Below, piece after piece: positions 1-11,758 of a stretch of DNA of 42,305 nucleotides (positions within the stretch are counted from its first letter, which is position 1; each line of letters begins with the position of its first letter). The notes beneath the pieces are model-generated. The model ran no database searches. It worked only from the letters and a program-made list of their open reading frames with translations, and had not been told where the DNA came from. This DNA comes from Fonticula alba ATCC 38817 (Eukaryota; Protista; Nucleariida): NCBI GenBank assembly GCA_000388065.2, contig KB932204.1; one strand, written 5' to 3'. The position numbers and the translations under genes are program-made.

Positions 1-1
1 G

Positions 2-714
2 TGGCACTCGAACGGCCAGCTCTGGGGCTACCGGCCGAACCATGAGCACTGCCTGATGTGCGTGTGTGCCCTCGCGGGGGAGGGGGGTCGTGTATTTTTC
101 TTCCCTTCCCCCTTTTGCGCTTGTGTGCTGTTCTTCCCTTTCTTGGTGTACCCCGCCCCCCCGCCCCCCCGCCCCCCCCCAACCCCCAAAAACCACCAAA
201 CACAAACAACAATAAATCAGAAAGAAAAAAAACGAACGATCACGCGCGCATGTGCGCCCCCGCTCATGCACGCCATATCACTGGCACCGGCAAATCGTAA
301 CACGCGCGATGTGGCACCTGCAGGCGCAACATGACCTCGGTCAATTTCTGTGATGCCTGCCGCGAGACCCTCTGGCTGGAGCTCCTGGCCAAGGTGTCGC
401 TGATCGACGGGATCCGGGCCGAGGAGAATTCCCGCAACGGCACCATCACCATCAGCCTGGATCTCATGCCTTTCGGGCATCTGCGCCAGCCGCGGCCGAT
501 CGCCGGCGAGCAGCTCCTGACCACCTGGTACCGGGTGGTGTCGTCCGTGGACCCGGGTGTCCATCAGCCGCAGTTCGACAACATGCACGAGTGGACCGCG
601 CCGGCCGGCTGGTCTCGCGGCATGTGGCGTGCCGATGTGGAGCTGGTCACGCCGGAGGTCCGTCGCGATGATGATGGCCTCCTGCGCGACTCGATCTTCA
701 TCCGGATTGAATAG
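2..714 (+). CDS. IgA peptidase M64 family metallopeptidase, 3' part (5' end lies upstream of the window)
   Basis: Exon 2-57 (WHSNGQLWGYRPNHEHCL) is followed by intron 58-323 (GTGCGT...CAG) and exon 324-714. The spliced join reads YRPNHEHCLMRNMTSVNFCDACRETLWLELLAKVSLID, matching the C-terminal YRP-x-C-LMR-x-FC-x2-C motif of M64 peptidases. The HExxH motif is not inside the window. Confidence 0.8.
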
Positions 715-1042
715 TGCAGCAAGTGCGGCCTTTGTGTGCTTGCCTGTGTGCGTCTTTGTACATGTGCGCGCACAGGCACACACACGCATGTCCATCTGGG
801 CACCTGTTGTTGTGTCCCGGACCGCGGCCGACCTCCCTGCCCCTAGTGCCGGGGCTTCCGCTGCTCCATGGCATGCCGACAGGCTTACACACACATGCAC
901 ACACGCCTGGCTCCCGCGGCCTTGCCATTGGTCTGCCGAGAATGCACCCTGTTGCGCCCTCCTTCCTTCTCTCTTGTCCGTGCGGGGAATGCGTGAGGGG
1001 GATGGTCCCTCCGTGTGTGTATGTATGTTTTCAGAAATATAT

Positions 1043-1057
1043 TTGTGTGTGCGGCTT

Positions 1058-1104
<47 letters not shown>

Positions 1105-1187
1105 CTCTTCCTCCCTCTCTCTTTTTCTCTTCCTCCCTCTCTCTCTCTCTTTTTCTCTCTCTCTCTCTCTCTNNNNNNNNNNNNNNN

Positions 1188-1228
<41 letters not shown>

Positions 1229-1310
1229 CTCTTCCTCCCTCTCTCTCTTTTTTTTCTCTTCCTCCCTCTCTCTCTTTCTCTTCATCCCTCTTTCTCTCTC
1301 TCTCTCTCTG
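1043..1310. repeat. (CT)n microsatellite/polypyrimidine tract between the convergent M64 and APC1 3' ends, with an N gap at 1173-1187
   Basis: Long CT runs with a recurring ctctctttttttctcttcctccct unit are directly visible. Confidence 0.9.
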
Positions 1311-1383
1311 TCCCTCGCCCCTCCCTCGCCCCCTCGCCCCCTCGCTTCATATGCGGCACATGTATTGGCGTTACAACTGGCAT

Positions 1384-4300
1384 CTAGGTGCCAAGCTGCT
1401 CGGTCAGCTGGAGATACCACTCCTCCAGGGCCAGGAGATCCCCCGCAGTGAGGGCCTCCGGCTGCTGGGTGTCAGCCCGAGGGAGTGGCCGGCCAGCGCG
1501 CCATGTCCCCGGGGCCGGGGCCCGGCGTGCTGCCGGGGCTCGGGGATGCAACAGTGGCGAGTGGCCCACCCGGCGTGCGGTCTCCCGGAGAAGTTGCAAC
1601 GGGATGGGGTCCCGGGTGGAAAGCGGCCGCCCGGCGCGGCTTTCCCCATGGAGGACGCCGGCCGCGCGGGCCAAGTCGTGCAGCAAGTCCACCAGTGCCC
1701 CGAGCAGGCGCGGCTGCCCGGCAAGCGGAGCCCGCTCCAGCGTCGGGGCCAGGCCCAGCGTCAGGGGCAGAGCCATGCCCAGGGGAACGGCCTCCAAGCC
1801 CGGAGCACAGGGCCCGATGCCCGGGGCAAGGGCCGGGCTGGTCGCCAGCCCTGGGGCCGGGGCACGCGCTTGCACGAAGATCGTGTGTACATGGCGCAGG
1901 AGGCGAGCATGGTGGCGGAAGCGCCGCGGCTCCAAAGTCACTGGCAGGTAGTCCGGGTCCACGACAGCCAGACGCTGGATGACCGATGCGTCGGGCAGCA
2001 GGCAGGGCGTGGTCAGCTGGTACCGCCGGGCACAGGCGGCCGTGGCGGCGGGGGCACCATTGCCGCTGGTCGGGGGTCGACATGTGGGACAGCGGCCGAT
2101 GGGGCCGGCGGCACCGGCACCGGCACCGGCAGCCTCCCCGCCGTCGATGTCCAGGATGCCGGTGTCCTCGGCCGGGCTCAGGTCCGAATTGCTGGGCGAG
2201 GGCATTTGCGCCATGGCATCCGACAGTTCAAGGCTCGGGCTGGGCCGCAGGGCAGCCGGGAGAGGGCGCTCGGCCAGCCGGTGCGCGCAGTCATTGACCG
2301 TGACCTCGATGCGCACGCGCCGGGGAGCCCCGAGCCCGGCCGGGTCGGCCTGGTCCACGGCGGCGCCATGGACCAGCGGGTCGACAGCCGGGTCGTCCGG
2401 CACCCGTCGAGCCGACAGGAGCCGCGACTCGGCGGCCATGGCCCACAAGTGCCGCAGCCACTGGGGATGCGGCGAGTAGGCATCCGACGAGGAGTGCATC
2501 GGCCACCGGGGATACACGGCCAGCAGGAGCATGGCCTTGGCAAAGGGGGAGGACGCTGGGCCGGGAGGGGGGCCGAAGCCGGAGGGTTAGCGTCTGCCGC
2601 CCTGCAGCCGGCGACAAAGGGACCCGACGAGCATGCATGGTGTGGGCATGTGTCCAGGGGCGAACGCACCGAAGGAAAAGGCCGAGCCACCGAGGAAGAG
2701 GAAGCCCAGCGCCAGGTGGACCGCGCACTGGTAGGCATACACATCATCGTGCGGGCTGCCCAGGGAGAAGGTGGCCCAGCCGATCAGCGGCTCCGGGTAG
2801 CGGACGCGGCTGCGCATGAGCCGGGCCCGGGCCACCCACTTCGAGGCGCCGGTCCCGGCGAACACCAGCCCGGCGGCCAGCAGCACATTGGCGCAGTATG
2901 CCTCGGCCGCGGTGCGATACCACCGGTCGGTGGGCTTGTTCACTGTGTTCCGGGGGGAGGGGGGGGGGGCAAGGAGAGGCAGGGGACCCGGGGGAGTTAG
3001 CAGGAGGACACGAGGTGCAGGGGCCCCCGTTGTCGGGGAGCCGCGGGCCGGGGGAGGAGGGCGGGCAGGTGCCCGCGGTGGGACCCAGGCAGCGTACTCG
3101 GCCGAGTGGACACCTTCCAGGCGTGTGCCCATAGGGCGCTGAGGGTGGCATCCAGCTGGTGAAGCTGCGGACTGTCGGCCGGGCGAAGAGGCCCGTCGGC
3201 CCCGGTGGCCGGCGTGTCGTCGCCGGCGCCGAAGTCCCCGAAGCCGGCCCCGGCGAAGCGCAGCCCCAGGGCCAGGGCCGCGGCCGCCAGGGTGCCGAAG
3301 TAGAAGGGCGATGTGTCGATGTCACGCAGGGAGAGGCGCGCCGGGTCGGTGGCCGGCCCGGCCAGGGCCTCGGCCGTGCACGCGTCCCAGGCGGTCAGGT
3401 CGCCGGCCGGCACGCCGACCAGCAGCCAGTCCGGCACAAAGTCCAGGACGTAGCGGGCGATGCCGGCCGCCGGGCCGGGAGCCGGGCCGGCGGTCGGGAC
3501 ACCGGCCGCGCGCATGGCCGCCAGCATGGCCGCCTCGCCGGGGCTTGGCCCGGGGGAAATGCCGGCGCCCGGGCCGGGCGCCTGGCCGACCAGGCGCAGG
3601 CGCGTCATCTCCCGGCACAGGAGCCGCGCGGTGAGCTCCCCGTGCGAGCGCTCGGACCCGAGGAAGTCCGCCAAGCGGGCGCGAAGGCGCGCATGGCGGG
3701 CGGCCGCGCCCGACGCCGGCCCCGGGACCTCGCGCACCTCGCCGTCCGGGGCCCCGGCGTGCGGGCGGAAGCCCAGCACCCCGGCCACGGTCGGGTCACC
3801 GGTGTCCAGGTGAATGAGCCCCAGGGCCAGGGCGGCCGCCGGGGCGGTCACATGCGGCGCCAAAGACCACGCCGAGTGGAAGGTGTCGCCATCGTGCTCC
3901 GACAGGGGGGCCGAGCCCGGCGAGGGGAAGGCGGCGGCGGCGGCGGCGGCGGCGGCGGCCATCCGCGCACCGGCTCCGGGGGCGCCGGTGCGCGGGGCCC
4001 CATCCTCCGGCGGGCCGGAGGCCGGGGCCCGGTCATGCGCGCGCGACTGGGCCCGGTGCAGCCGCACCAGGTCCGGGCTCAGGGCCGACCCGAGGGTGAT
4101 GTCCAGCCCGGCGTGGGTGCCCCGGCCGAGGTGCACCAGGCCGAGGGCCACGGCGCAGGAGGTGGCATACAGGTCGGCCGCGTGCGGCCACCGGAGGTCG
4201 GCCACGGTCGGGTCGGCTGCCAGCTGCTCCTGGGTGGGGGCCCCGCCGCCGGCCCCATCGGCCAGGCTGGCAGCCGACCCGCCGGACAGGGCGGCCAGCT

Positions 4301-7300
4301 GTTCGCCATAGGCCGGCGCCGCGGCCAGCTCCGACAGCAGGGCCTCCGTCAGCAGGGGGACCTCGGTCATGAGGGCCAGCCGGGGGTCGGCGGCGGCGGC
4401 CGCGGCCGCGGCCTCCATCTCGGCCGGCGTGGTGGCATTGGCCGTGACGCAGTCGTCCGGCCAGGCGGCCGCCATCCCGGGCGGCGGGGAGCCCGCCGCC
4501 GGCGAGTGCGGCTGGCTGGCCCCCCCCGCGGCCCGCCGGGCTGCCGGGCCCGCCTGGTCCAGGTGGTAGCTCCGCCGGTGGTACAGCGACTCCGGGAGGA
4601 AGCCCTCCCCGCGCCACCGGCAAAAGGACAGGCCAATGCCGACAATGGCCGCCGACTGGACGGTCGGCGCCACCAGCAGGTCGGCGGCCGCGGCCGCAGC
4701 CGATAGGCTCCCCCGGCCGGCCGTGCCCTCGGTGGCGGCCGCCAGGCTGGCCGGCAGCAAGGCCGGCACATGGAGGTACAGCATGTCCAGCACGAAGCGC
4801 GGTGGCAGGGCCATCTGCCCGGCGGCCAGGGGCGACGCCGCGAGGCCTGGGCCGCGGGGGTACCCGGGCAAAGGCGCCAAGGGGGGTGGACCGGGTCAGT
4901 GGCTGGGCGGCTGGCTGGCCGTGGTGCGGCGTGGGAAACCGGCCCATGGCCTGCGCCGGTGGGGGCGCCCTGCGGCCGGGGCGTGGGTGGCGATGGAGAA
5001 GGCAGCAAGGAGGAACGCCTGTGGGCGTGGATGGCGGCTCACGCACCAAGCAGCAGGCCGGAAATGGTGCCACTATGCGCATGGCTGAGCAGATGGTGGA
5101 CCGGCGTCCGCTGGAAGGACTGCAGCATGCCACGGAGGCCGAGGCCGAACAGGTAGCCCCCCCGGGCGTACTTCAGGGAAAGGGGGGCGACCAGGCGGAC
5201 ATGCGTCCGGGGGAGGGGGGGGGGCGGGGCGAGCGCGAGGTCAGGCAGGAGAAGGAAGCGAGGAAAGGCAAACCCGGAGGGCGGGGGGGGGGGGCGAGCG
5301 CAAGGTCAGGCCGGAGAGGGAGGCAGGGAGAGGCAAACCCGGAGGGCGGAGGGGCGGGAAAAAGAAAAAAGCTCTCCGGGCGAGCCGACGAGGGGAAAAG
5401 CCGCATCAGGCGACGCACCGGGTCGGCGGGCAGGTTGGCCATGATCCAGGCGTTGGAGGGGGCCACACGGGTGACCAGCCCCAGGGACGCGGCGCAGGCA
5501 TTGTGGAAGGAGCACCATGGGCTGAGGGCGGTGGTGGCCGACAGGGGCAGGAGGGTGCGGCTGCCGGCGGTGATGTTGGCAATGGCGGCGGCGGCGGCGG
5601 TGGCGGCGGCCGCGACGGCCGGGCCACGGCGCGGGGCGGGCACCGACGTCACGTCCGGCCGGGCGGACGCCTCGAGCAGGGCATCCATCCGGGCTCGGCG
5701 GCTGGCGCGGGCGGCCCGGCCTGGCGCCACGGCAGCCGATGGGTGCCCGGCATCCGGCCCCGGGGCGGCAATCGACCGGACAACGGCATGCGGCAGGAAG
5801 GGCGAGTCATCCTCGTTGTCGGAGTCGGCGTCATCCTCGCCGGGGTCCAGGCCGCCGGGGATGCCACGGCCGGCGGCCGCGGCGGCGGCCAGCCACGCCT
5901 GGGCCGCCGGCGGAGCCCGGCTGTTGCCGGCCGCCCGTGGACAGGCCACCAGCGTGAAGACCAGCGTCGGCAGGGCGAAGGGGACCTGGTCCGGATCGGC
6001 GTACGGATCGACCAGCCGCGCGGCCAGGGCCGACGCCACCAGCGGGTGGGCCCCGGCCGCCAGGGTGGACCCCGGGCCGGGTGCCGTGCGTGCACATCCG
6101 CCGGCCCGAACGGACCGGAACCCGAGCGCCGCCCGGCCCAGGGGCAGGGCCCACGCCCGGAAGACCAGCTGGTCCACCAGGTCCCGGGCATACTCCATCA
6201 GCTCTTCCGGCGGGTAGGGCAGGGCCGTGTCGACCACCGGCGAGGCGGCCAGCTTGAGAGCCTCGAAGATGAGGGCCGGCAGGCGGATGCCGCCCTCGGA
6301 CCGGAGGATGCGCTGGACCTGGCGCAGGGCGCGGCCGGCCGGCGTGCCGGCCATGGTCGGAGTGATGGTGGTTCCGGGGGCCATGTCGGCCGCCTCGTGG
6401 TCGGAGGCCGCCCTGCCGGGCTCCGGGTGGCAGGGGCCCCCGGTGTCCGGCCGCAGGCGCCACACCCCGGCCGGGGACATGTGGGCCAGGTCCCGGCGCC
6501 CGGCCAGGAGGTGCACCTGCGCCGGCCAGTACGCCGGAGACAGGGGGGCCCCCTCGCCCGGCGGGGGAGTCGGCCCGGCCGGGCCGCCCAAGGCCCTGCC
6601 CACCTGGGCCAAAGCCAGCAGCGGGAGCAGGCGCAAGCCAGCCGGCAGGGAGTCCAGCAGGGCTCCATCCGGGTCCAGCCGGGCCACCACGCCGAGCAGG
6701 CGCCCTCGTGGGTCATCCCCGGGCGAGGCCCCGGCCCCGGGTGCCGAGGACACATTCGGCCCGATGGCCGCCAGCTTCGCCGTCCAGCCGGCCAGCGGCC
6801 GGAAGAGGGCCAGCACAAAGCGCACCCGGGGCAGGTGCCCGGCATGGAGGAGGTCCGCGGTGAGGGAGCGATCCCAGCCGGCCGGGGGGATCCCACGCTC
6901 GAGGGCACCCTCGCACCCGCGTGCCAGCGAGCGCACCACCGTCTGCATGAGATCCGGCGGATGGAGATGCCCGAGCCGGGGGGCGGCCGGATCGCCGGCC
7001 GCCACCGACCACCAGGGGGGCAGCAGGCACAGGAGCGGCAGTGCCGGGTCCGACAGGCGCCGGTCCAGCCACCCGGACAGGCCGTACCGGGCCAGCCAAC
7101 GCTTGAGCCGCAGGGCAAAGCACATGGGCCCGAGGACCTGATCGGCCAGGGCCCCGGCCGCTCGGGCCCCGAGCGGGTCCAGCCGCAGCTCCTCATACAG
7201 CAGGCCCAGGGCCTGGAGCAGGCGCCCGAGGGCGATGCCAGCCTCGACCGGTCGGCTGTCAAAGGCCCCGGAGCTGGGGAGCACCAGCGCGTGGACCCGC

Positions 7301-10130
7301 GCGCCGAAGGCCCCCTCGGCCGGGTGGCTTGGCGACAGGCCGCCGGTGAGGAAGGTTTCCGGGGAGACGGCGCGCGCGCGCGCTTGGAAGCATGGCGTGG
7401 GCCGGGTCCGCAGGTGGAACCCCGGGCCCGGGTCCGGGTGGCAGGCGGCCCACAGGGACAGCAGCAGAGCTCGCCAGGCGCCCCCGGTCCCGGCGGCCAG
7501 GGCCTCCCGGTGGGCGCCCTGCTCGAATTGCGACATCAGCGCCACGGCATGGAACCAGGCCCGGGCCGGCAGGACCGCCTTCGCCAGATCCAGCGCCGCG
7601 GCCAGGGCCGGCTCCCGCGGCCGGATGGCCTCCGGCAGGTGGATTTCGCAGAGGTCCGCCCCGGCGGCCGGGCGCAAGACCACCCGGCCGCCGACGCTCA
7701 GCCGTGGCCAGAAGCGCGCATCCGCCCGGAAGAGGCTCTTCCGGAGGAGGCCGGCCGAAGCCGGGCCGGCCGATGCGGGCGACGTGGGCGATGTGGGCGG
7801 GGTCGCTGCGTCGGTGGCCTCGGCGGCCGGGCCCGGCGTCGAGTAGGCCCCGGCCAGCGGGCTGTCCGCCGGGGCGGCGGGCAGGCGAACCGGCAGCAGG
7901 GTCTCCGACAGGCAGAGGGACACGTAGAGGCTGGCCGCGCCGGAGCCGGAGTCCAGCAAGACCAACAGGTCGCGCAGGAGCGCCGGCGGGGGGATGGCCC
8001 TGGCGGTGGTGACGCCGGCCGGGGGGGTGGCCGATGTGGCAGCGGCCCCGGCGCCCGGGCCCGTCTGCGGCAGGGGGTCTCGCGCGCTGCCCGAGGGGGC
8101 CCCGGCGGCGGCGGTGGCGGCGGCGGCGCCGACCGGCGATGACCGGCCGGTCGCGGGGTCGCCCCCGGGGGGCGAATGCCCGGGCGCCCGGGCCCCGGTG
8201 GGGGGCTCCTCCGGGTCTTCCTCCTCCGGATCGTCATCGAGCGAAAGCCCGGAGACCGGGGGGACCAGCGGCGGGGCACCGACCGCCGGCCGAAGCCCGG
8301 TGTGGCCGATGCACAGGAAGTCCAGCACCCCGTCGAGCTGGGCACGCTGCCGGACGCGCCAGGCCGAGGGCAAATGCGAGTCCAGCCGGACCGGGGCCGA
8401 TTCCCGCGGCGGGACCAGGTACGTGCACAGGAGGGCTCGGGTCTCGGGCAGGTGGATGAAGACCACCGGCCAGCCGAGGGAATCGTGAGCCACATCGCAC
8501 CGGAGGGCCGTGGCCGGGCCGGCGGCCGTGGACAGGCACGAGCCCGGCTCCAGGGCCCCAAGCAGGGCCCGCGGCAGGAGCCCGGTGTCGGCGCGGCTCA
8601 GCGGCGGCAGGAAGCGCACCAGCTGCAGGGACACGGTGGGCTGGTGGGGGCCCGGGACGAAGGACCAAAAGTCCGAGCCAAGGCTCGAAGCCTCGGACGC
8701 CGGGGCCGGATGGCCAAATGCCCCGGAGGGCGAGTGGCCGGCCGGGTGCCCGGGGCCCAGCGGCGGCGAGGGGGCGCCCCCCCCCTCGCGCGGGGACTGG
8801 TGCAATGGACTCCGGAGGAGGGCCGCCCGGGGGGGTGCCGGCACGGTGCCGGCCGGATGCCGGGCCAGCGGCGATCCGCCGACCGGCGACCGGGGCGATT
8901 GCAAGGGCAGCAGCCCCGGCCCGGGGGACAAGCGCCCGGCCGCGCGGCCGGGCGACCGAACCGGCGACCGGAGTGCCACCGGCCGGCCGGGACGCCAGCC
9001 CGGCGACCCGGCTCGCGCGTCAGCCCCGGCCCCTGCCCCCGGGGACCCGGGGCCAGCCACATCCACAAACAGGTCCTGGATGGAGGCCTCGAGCATGTCC
9101 AGCTGCGAGAGGTCCGGGTGCCCGGCGATGCCGGCGGCGGCGGCGGCCGCGGCGGCGGCCGCCGTGGCCGCGGCTGCCCCGTCCACCCGCGCGCTCCATG
9201 TCCACAGCCCCAGCTGGAAGTCGGCATCGGCGACCCCCCGGCGCCGGGGGCCCAGCCCGACGCCCACCACCACCGGGCAGTACCCGGCCCCGGGTGGCTG
9301 GGACAGGCCGCTATCGTGCACATGGAGGATGCGCCAAAGCCGCGACCCCTGGGGCAGATCCACCGGGACCGGGCGCGCCAGCGGATGGTCCAGCGAAAAG
9401 TAGAGCGCCCCGTCGGTCGGCGCGCGGCAGGCCAGATGTCCACACGGGCCGCCGGGCACCTCGCCGGGGGCACTGCCAGCCTGCAGGCAGGCCGTCGATC
9501 CCGGCAGGTGGCGCTCCAGCAGCAGGACGTCCCCCTGGTCCAGGGCCGGGGTAGCGCGCTGGCGAAGGATCCATGCCCGGCTCACGCGAAAGTCCAACGC
9601 CGACCGGAGGAACTCCTCGCGGCCGGGCACATACGCGTGGACGCTGTGCTGGCAGACAATCCACAGCCCGGGCCCGGGGTCAACTGGGCTGGCCGAGGGG
9701 GCCGGCGAGGCCGGGTGCCGGGGACCGCCGGTCGCGCTGGCCGGCCCCCACGACAGCGCCCCCCAAAAGCAGGCGAGTATCCGGCCCGAGGCGGGGGGAA
9801 CCGTGTGCTGGCGCAGGAGCACGCCCCGTTCAAAGATCGACAGGCTCAGGCGGTCCTGGCTGATGTACACCTCCCCGTAGCCGCCGTCCGGGCATTGGTA
9901 CGACACACACTCGCCGGGAAGGTGCGGCTGATGGGGGCGGCAGGAGTCAAGGGGAGGGCGAGGCAAGTCAGTGTGTGTGTGTGTGTGCGATGGGCTATTT
10001 CCTGGCGGACGGGGCGCGCGCCTCTGTGCGATGTGTGCACAGAGGCGGCCACGCGGGGCCACAGCGAAGGACGAACCGAGAGAGATGAGGGCGGGTGCCT
10101 CAGGCATAGAGGAGGCAGGGGACTAGGCAT
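1384..10130 (-). CDS. ANAPC1: Anaphase-promoting complex subunit 1 (APC1), about 2,626 aa, 6 exons
   Basis: Exons are 10130-10077, 9927-5419, 5170-5047, 4846-3098, 2942-2670 and 2555-1384. All introns are GT-AG and the exon sum of 7881 nt is in frame. PC-repeat-region motifs match APC1: RAWALPLGRAALGF, WCSFHNACAASL, WIMAN, GGYLFGLGLRG, GLLLG, LYLHVPALLP, TAPAAALALGLIHL, VLLAAGLVFAGTG, HLALGFLFLGG, LLAVYPRWP...WLRHLWAMAAE and TPCLLPD. Exon 1 is the least certain; an unspliced start at 10107 is also open. Confidence 0.9.
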
Positions 10131-10699
10131 CCAGGAGCATCAGGTCGCGCAAATGGGCGGGGGCGAGGCAGGGGGTGCGGAGGGGGGGGGGGGGAGGGGG
10201 CAGGCGCGAGATGGGAGGAGGCTGATTGCCGGCGGCACTCGGGTGCAGCGCAGCCTGGCCGCGGGCTTTTCGGCAGGGAGCACGCCCGAGCCCGAGCCCG
10301 AGCCCCGGGTCTGGTGGCGATCTTGCCAGCCAGCCGGTCCCCTGGCCGGGCGCGGGGGAGGGGCGCCTAGTCGGCAGGGGGGGGGGGGGGGGACCCGGGC
10401 GGGCCGTGCACTCCCGCGGGGCCGGTGTTGCGAACGCGAGCCGCGGAACGGGAGGCATATTCAAATATTGCCGACCGTTGGGAGCTGTCAGGGGCGCGTC
10501 CCGGGCCCGCATCTACTTCGGGCGGCGGCCCGGCCGCGCGCCGATCGGGAGAGGCTGGGCCCCTCCCTTCTGGTTGATGCACACAAACGCTCGATTTTTC
10601 CGTCGCTCTCCCTCCCCCTCGCTGCCCGGATCCCTCGTCGCTGCTTGGCCGCCCTTTGCTGTGGACTGCCCCCCCCCCCTCCCCTGCCCGCCCGAAGCC

Positions 10700-11414
10700 A
10701 TGAACCCCGCCGAGTCGGCCTTTGTCACGGTGCGTTGATGGGGCGCCCGGTCTCCCTGCCCCCATTGGCCCATGTGCCCTCTCTACCTTGTCGGCCACTG
10801 ACGCCCGCCAGCACAGATTGTCAGCTCCGATGGTGTCCGATTCCAGGTGACCCGTGAGGCGGCCTGCTCCAGTGCCACCCTGGCCAGCATGCTGGGCGAG
10901 ACCGGTGCGTGTGGCCTCCCCTCCCGGGCCCCTTGCCCTCCCGCGNNNNNNNNNNNNNNNNNNNNNNNNNNNNNNNNNNNNNNNNNNNNNNNNNNNNNNN
11001 NNNNNNNNNNNNNNNNNNNNNNNNNNNNNNNNNNNNNNNNNNNNNNNNNCCTGCCCTTCCTTGAGCACCACACAAGCGAGATCTTCCTGCCGGACATTCC
11101 GTGCGTCCTGGCCTGCCTGCCTGCCATGTAATTGCCCGGGCTTTTCTCACCCCCGCCCGCTTCCCCCCTCGCCGCTGCGTGCCCGCGCTCTGCCCGGGCC
11201 GCGCACCGGCAGTGCGCACTCCCTGGTGACGGTCTTCCGTTTCGCGTATCAGAAAATGTCCTCCAACGTGGAGAGCGCCTCGGTGCCGAACCCGTCGCAG
11301 GCGTCGCGCTTTGCTTTCAGCCCGCCGGCGCAGGCGGCCGGCGCGGCGCCCTTCGAGGTCCCTGCCACCCGGCTCGGGTCGCTGATTCGGGCGGCGGACT
11401 TCCTGCAAATCTAG
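10700..11414 (+). CDS. ELOC: Elongin C (Skp1/BTB fold), 4 exons, intron 2 runs into an N gap
   Basis: Exons are 10700-10729, 10817-10904, about 11050-11100 and 11213-11414. The protein reads MNPAESAFVT-IVSSDGVRFQVTREAACSSATLASML...EIFLPDIPAHSLVTVFRFAYQK...PFEVPATRLGSLIRAADFLQI*. It is short and lacks the F-box-binding helices of Skp1, so it is Elongin C. Confidence 0.85.
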
Positions 11415-11758
11415 TCCCACGTGACCAGGTGGTCATGCCCCGGCCGTGCCTCGCGGCGGAATGGCACTTGTCGGGGGGCCCGCGCACCGACGGCGGCGGC
11501 GGCGGCGTGCGGCACAACACATGCGAGCGAGCCGGCACACGGCCGGGAGGGTGCATGCACCTTTTGCAAGGGGGAAGGCACGGACCGGCGAGAGAGTGGG
11601 CGCCGGCCGGTGGGGGCCTCTTTTGCCGGGGCATGGTGTTATGTAGTCGGTCAGGGATCTGCACCCCTTCTCGACAATCCCCCCCTCCTCCCCCCCCCCT
11701 CCTCCCCTCCGCCCCTGCCGCCTTCTCTCTCGCCCGCCGTTTTTCCCCCCGCGAGCAC

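Noticed and set aside
10460-10465. CHR-like hexamer (TTCAAA) in the divergent APC1/ELOC promoter, and TTTAAA upstream of the Spindly-like gene, suggesting shared cell-cycle control
   Set aside because: The same hexamers occur elsewhere in coding, intronic and unrelated intergenic DNA (e.g. ~19209, ~22247, ~30401), and no properly spaced CDE is present.
5503-10857. Very long + strand ORFs (879 and 893 aa, and others) antisense to APC1, plus similar shadow ORFs over GFM2 and the J-protein
   Set aside because: These are expected in high-GC coding DNA, where stop codons are rare in other frames. The translations are R/G/P/A-rich with no motifs.
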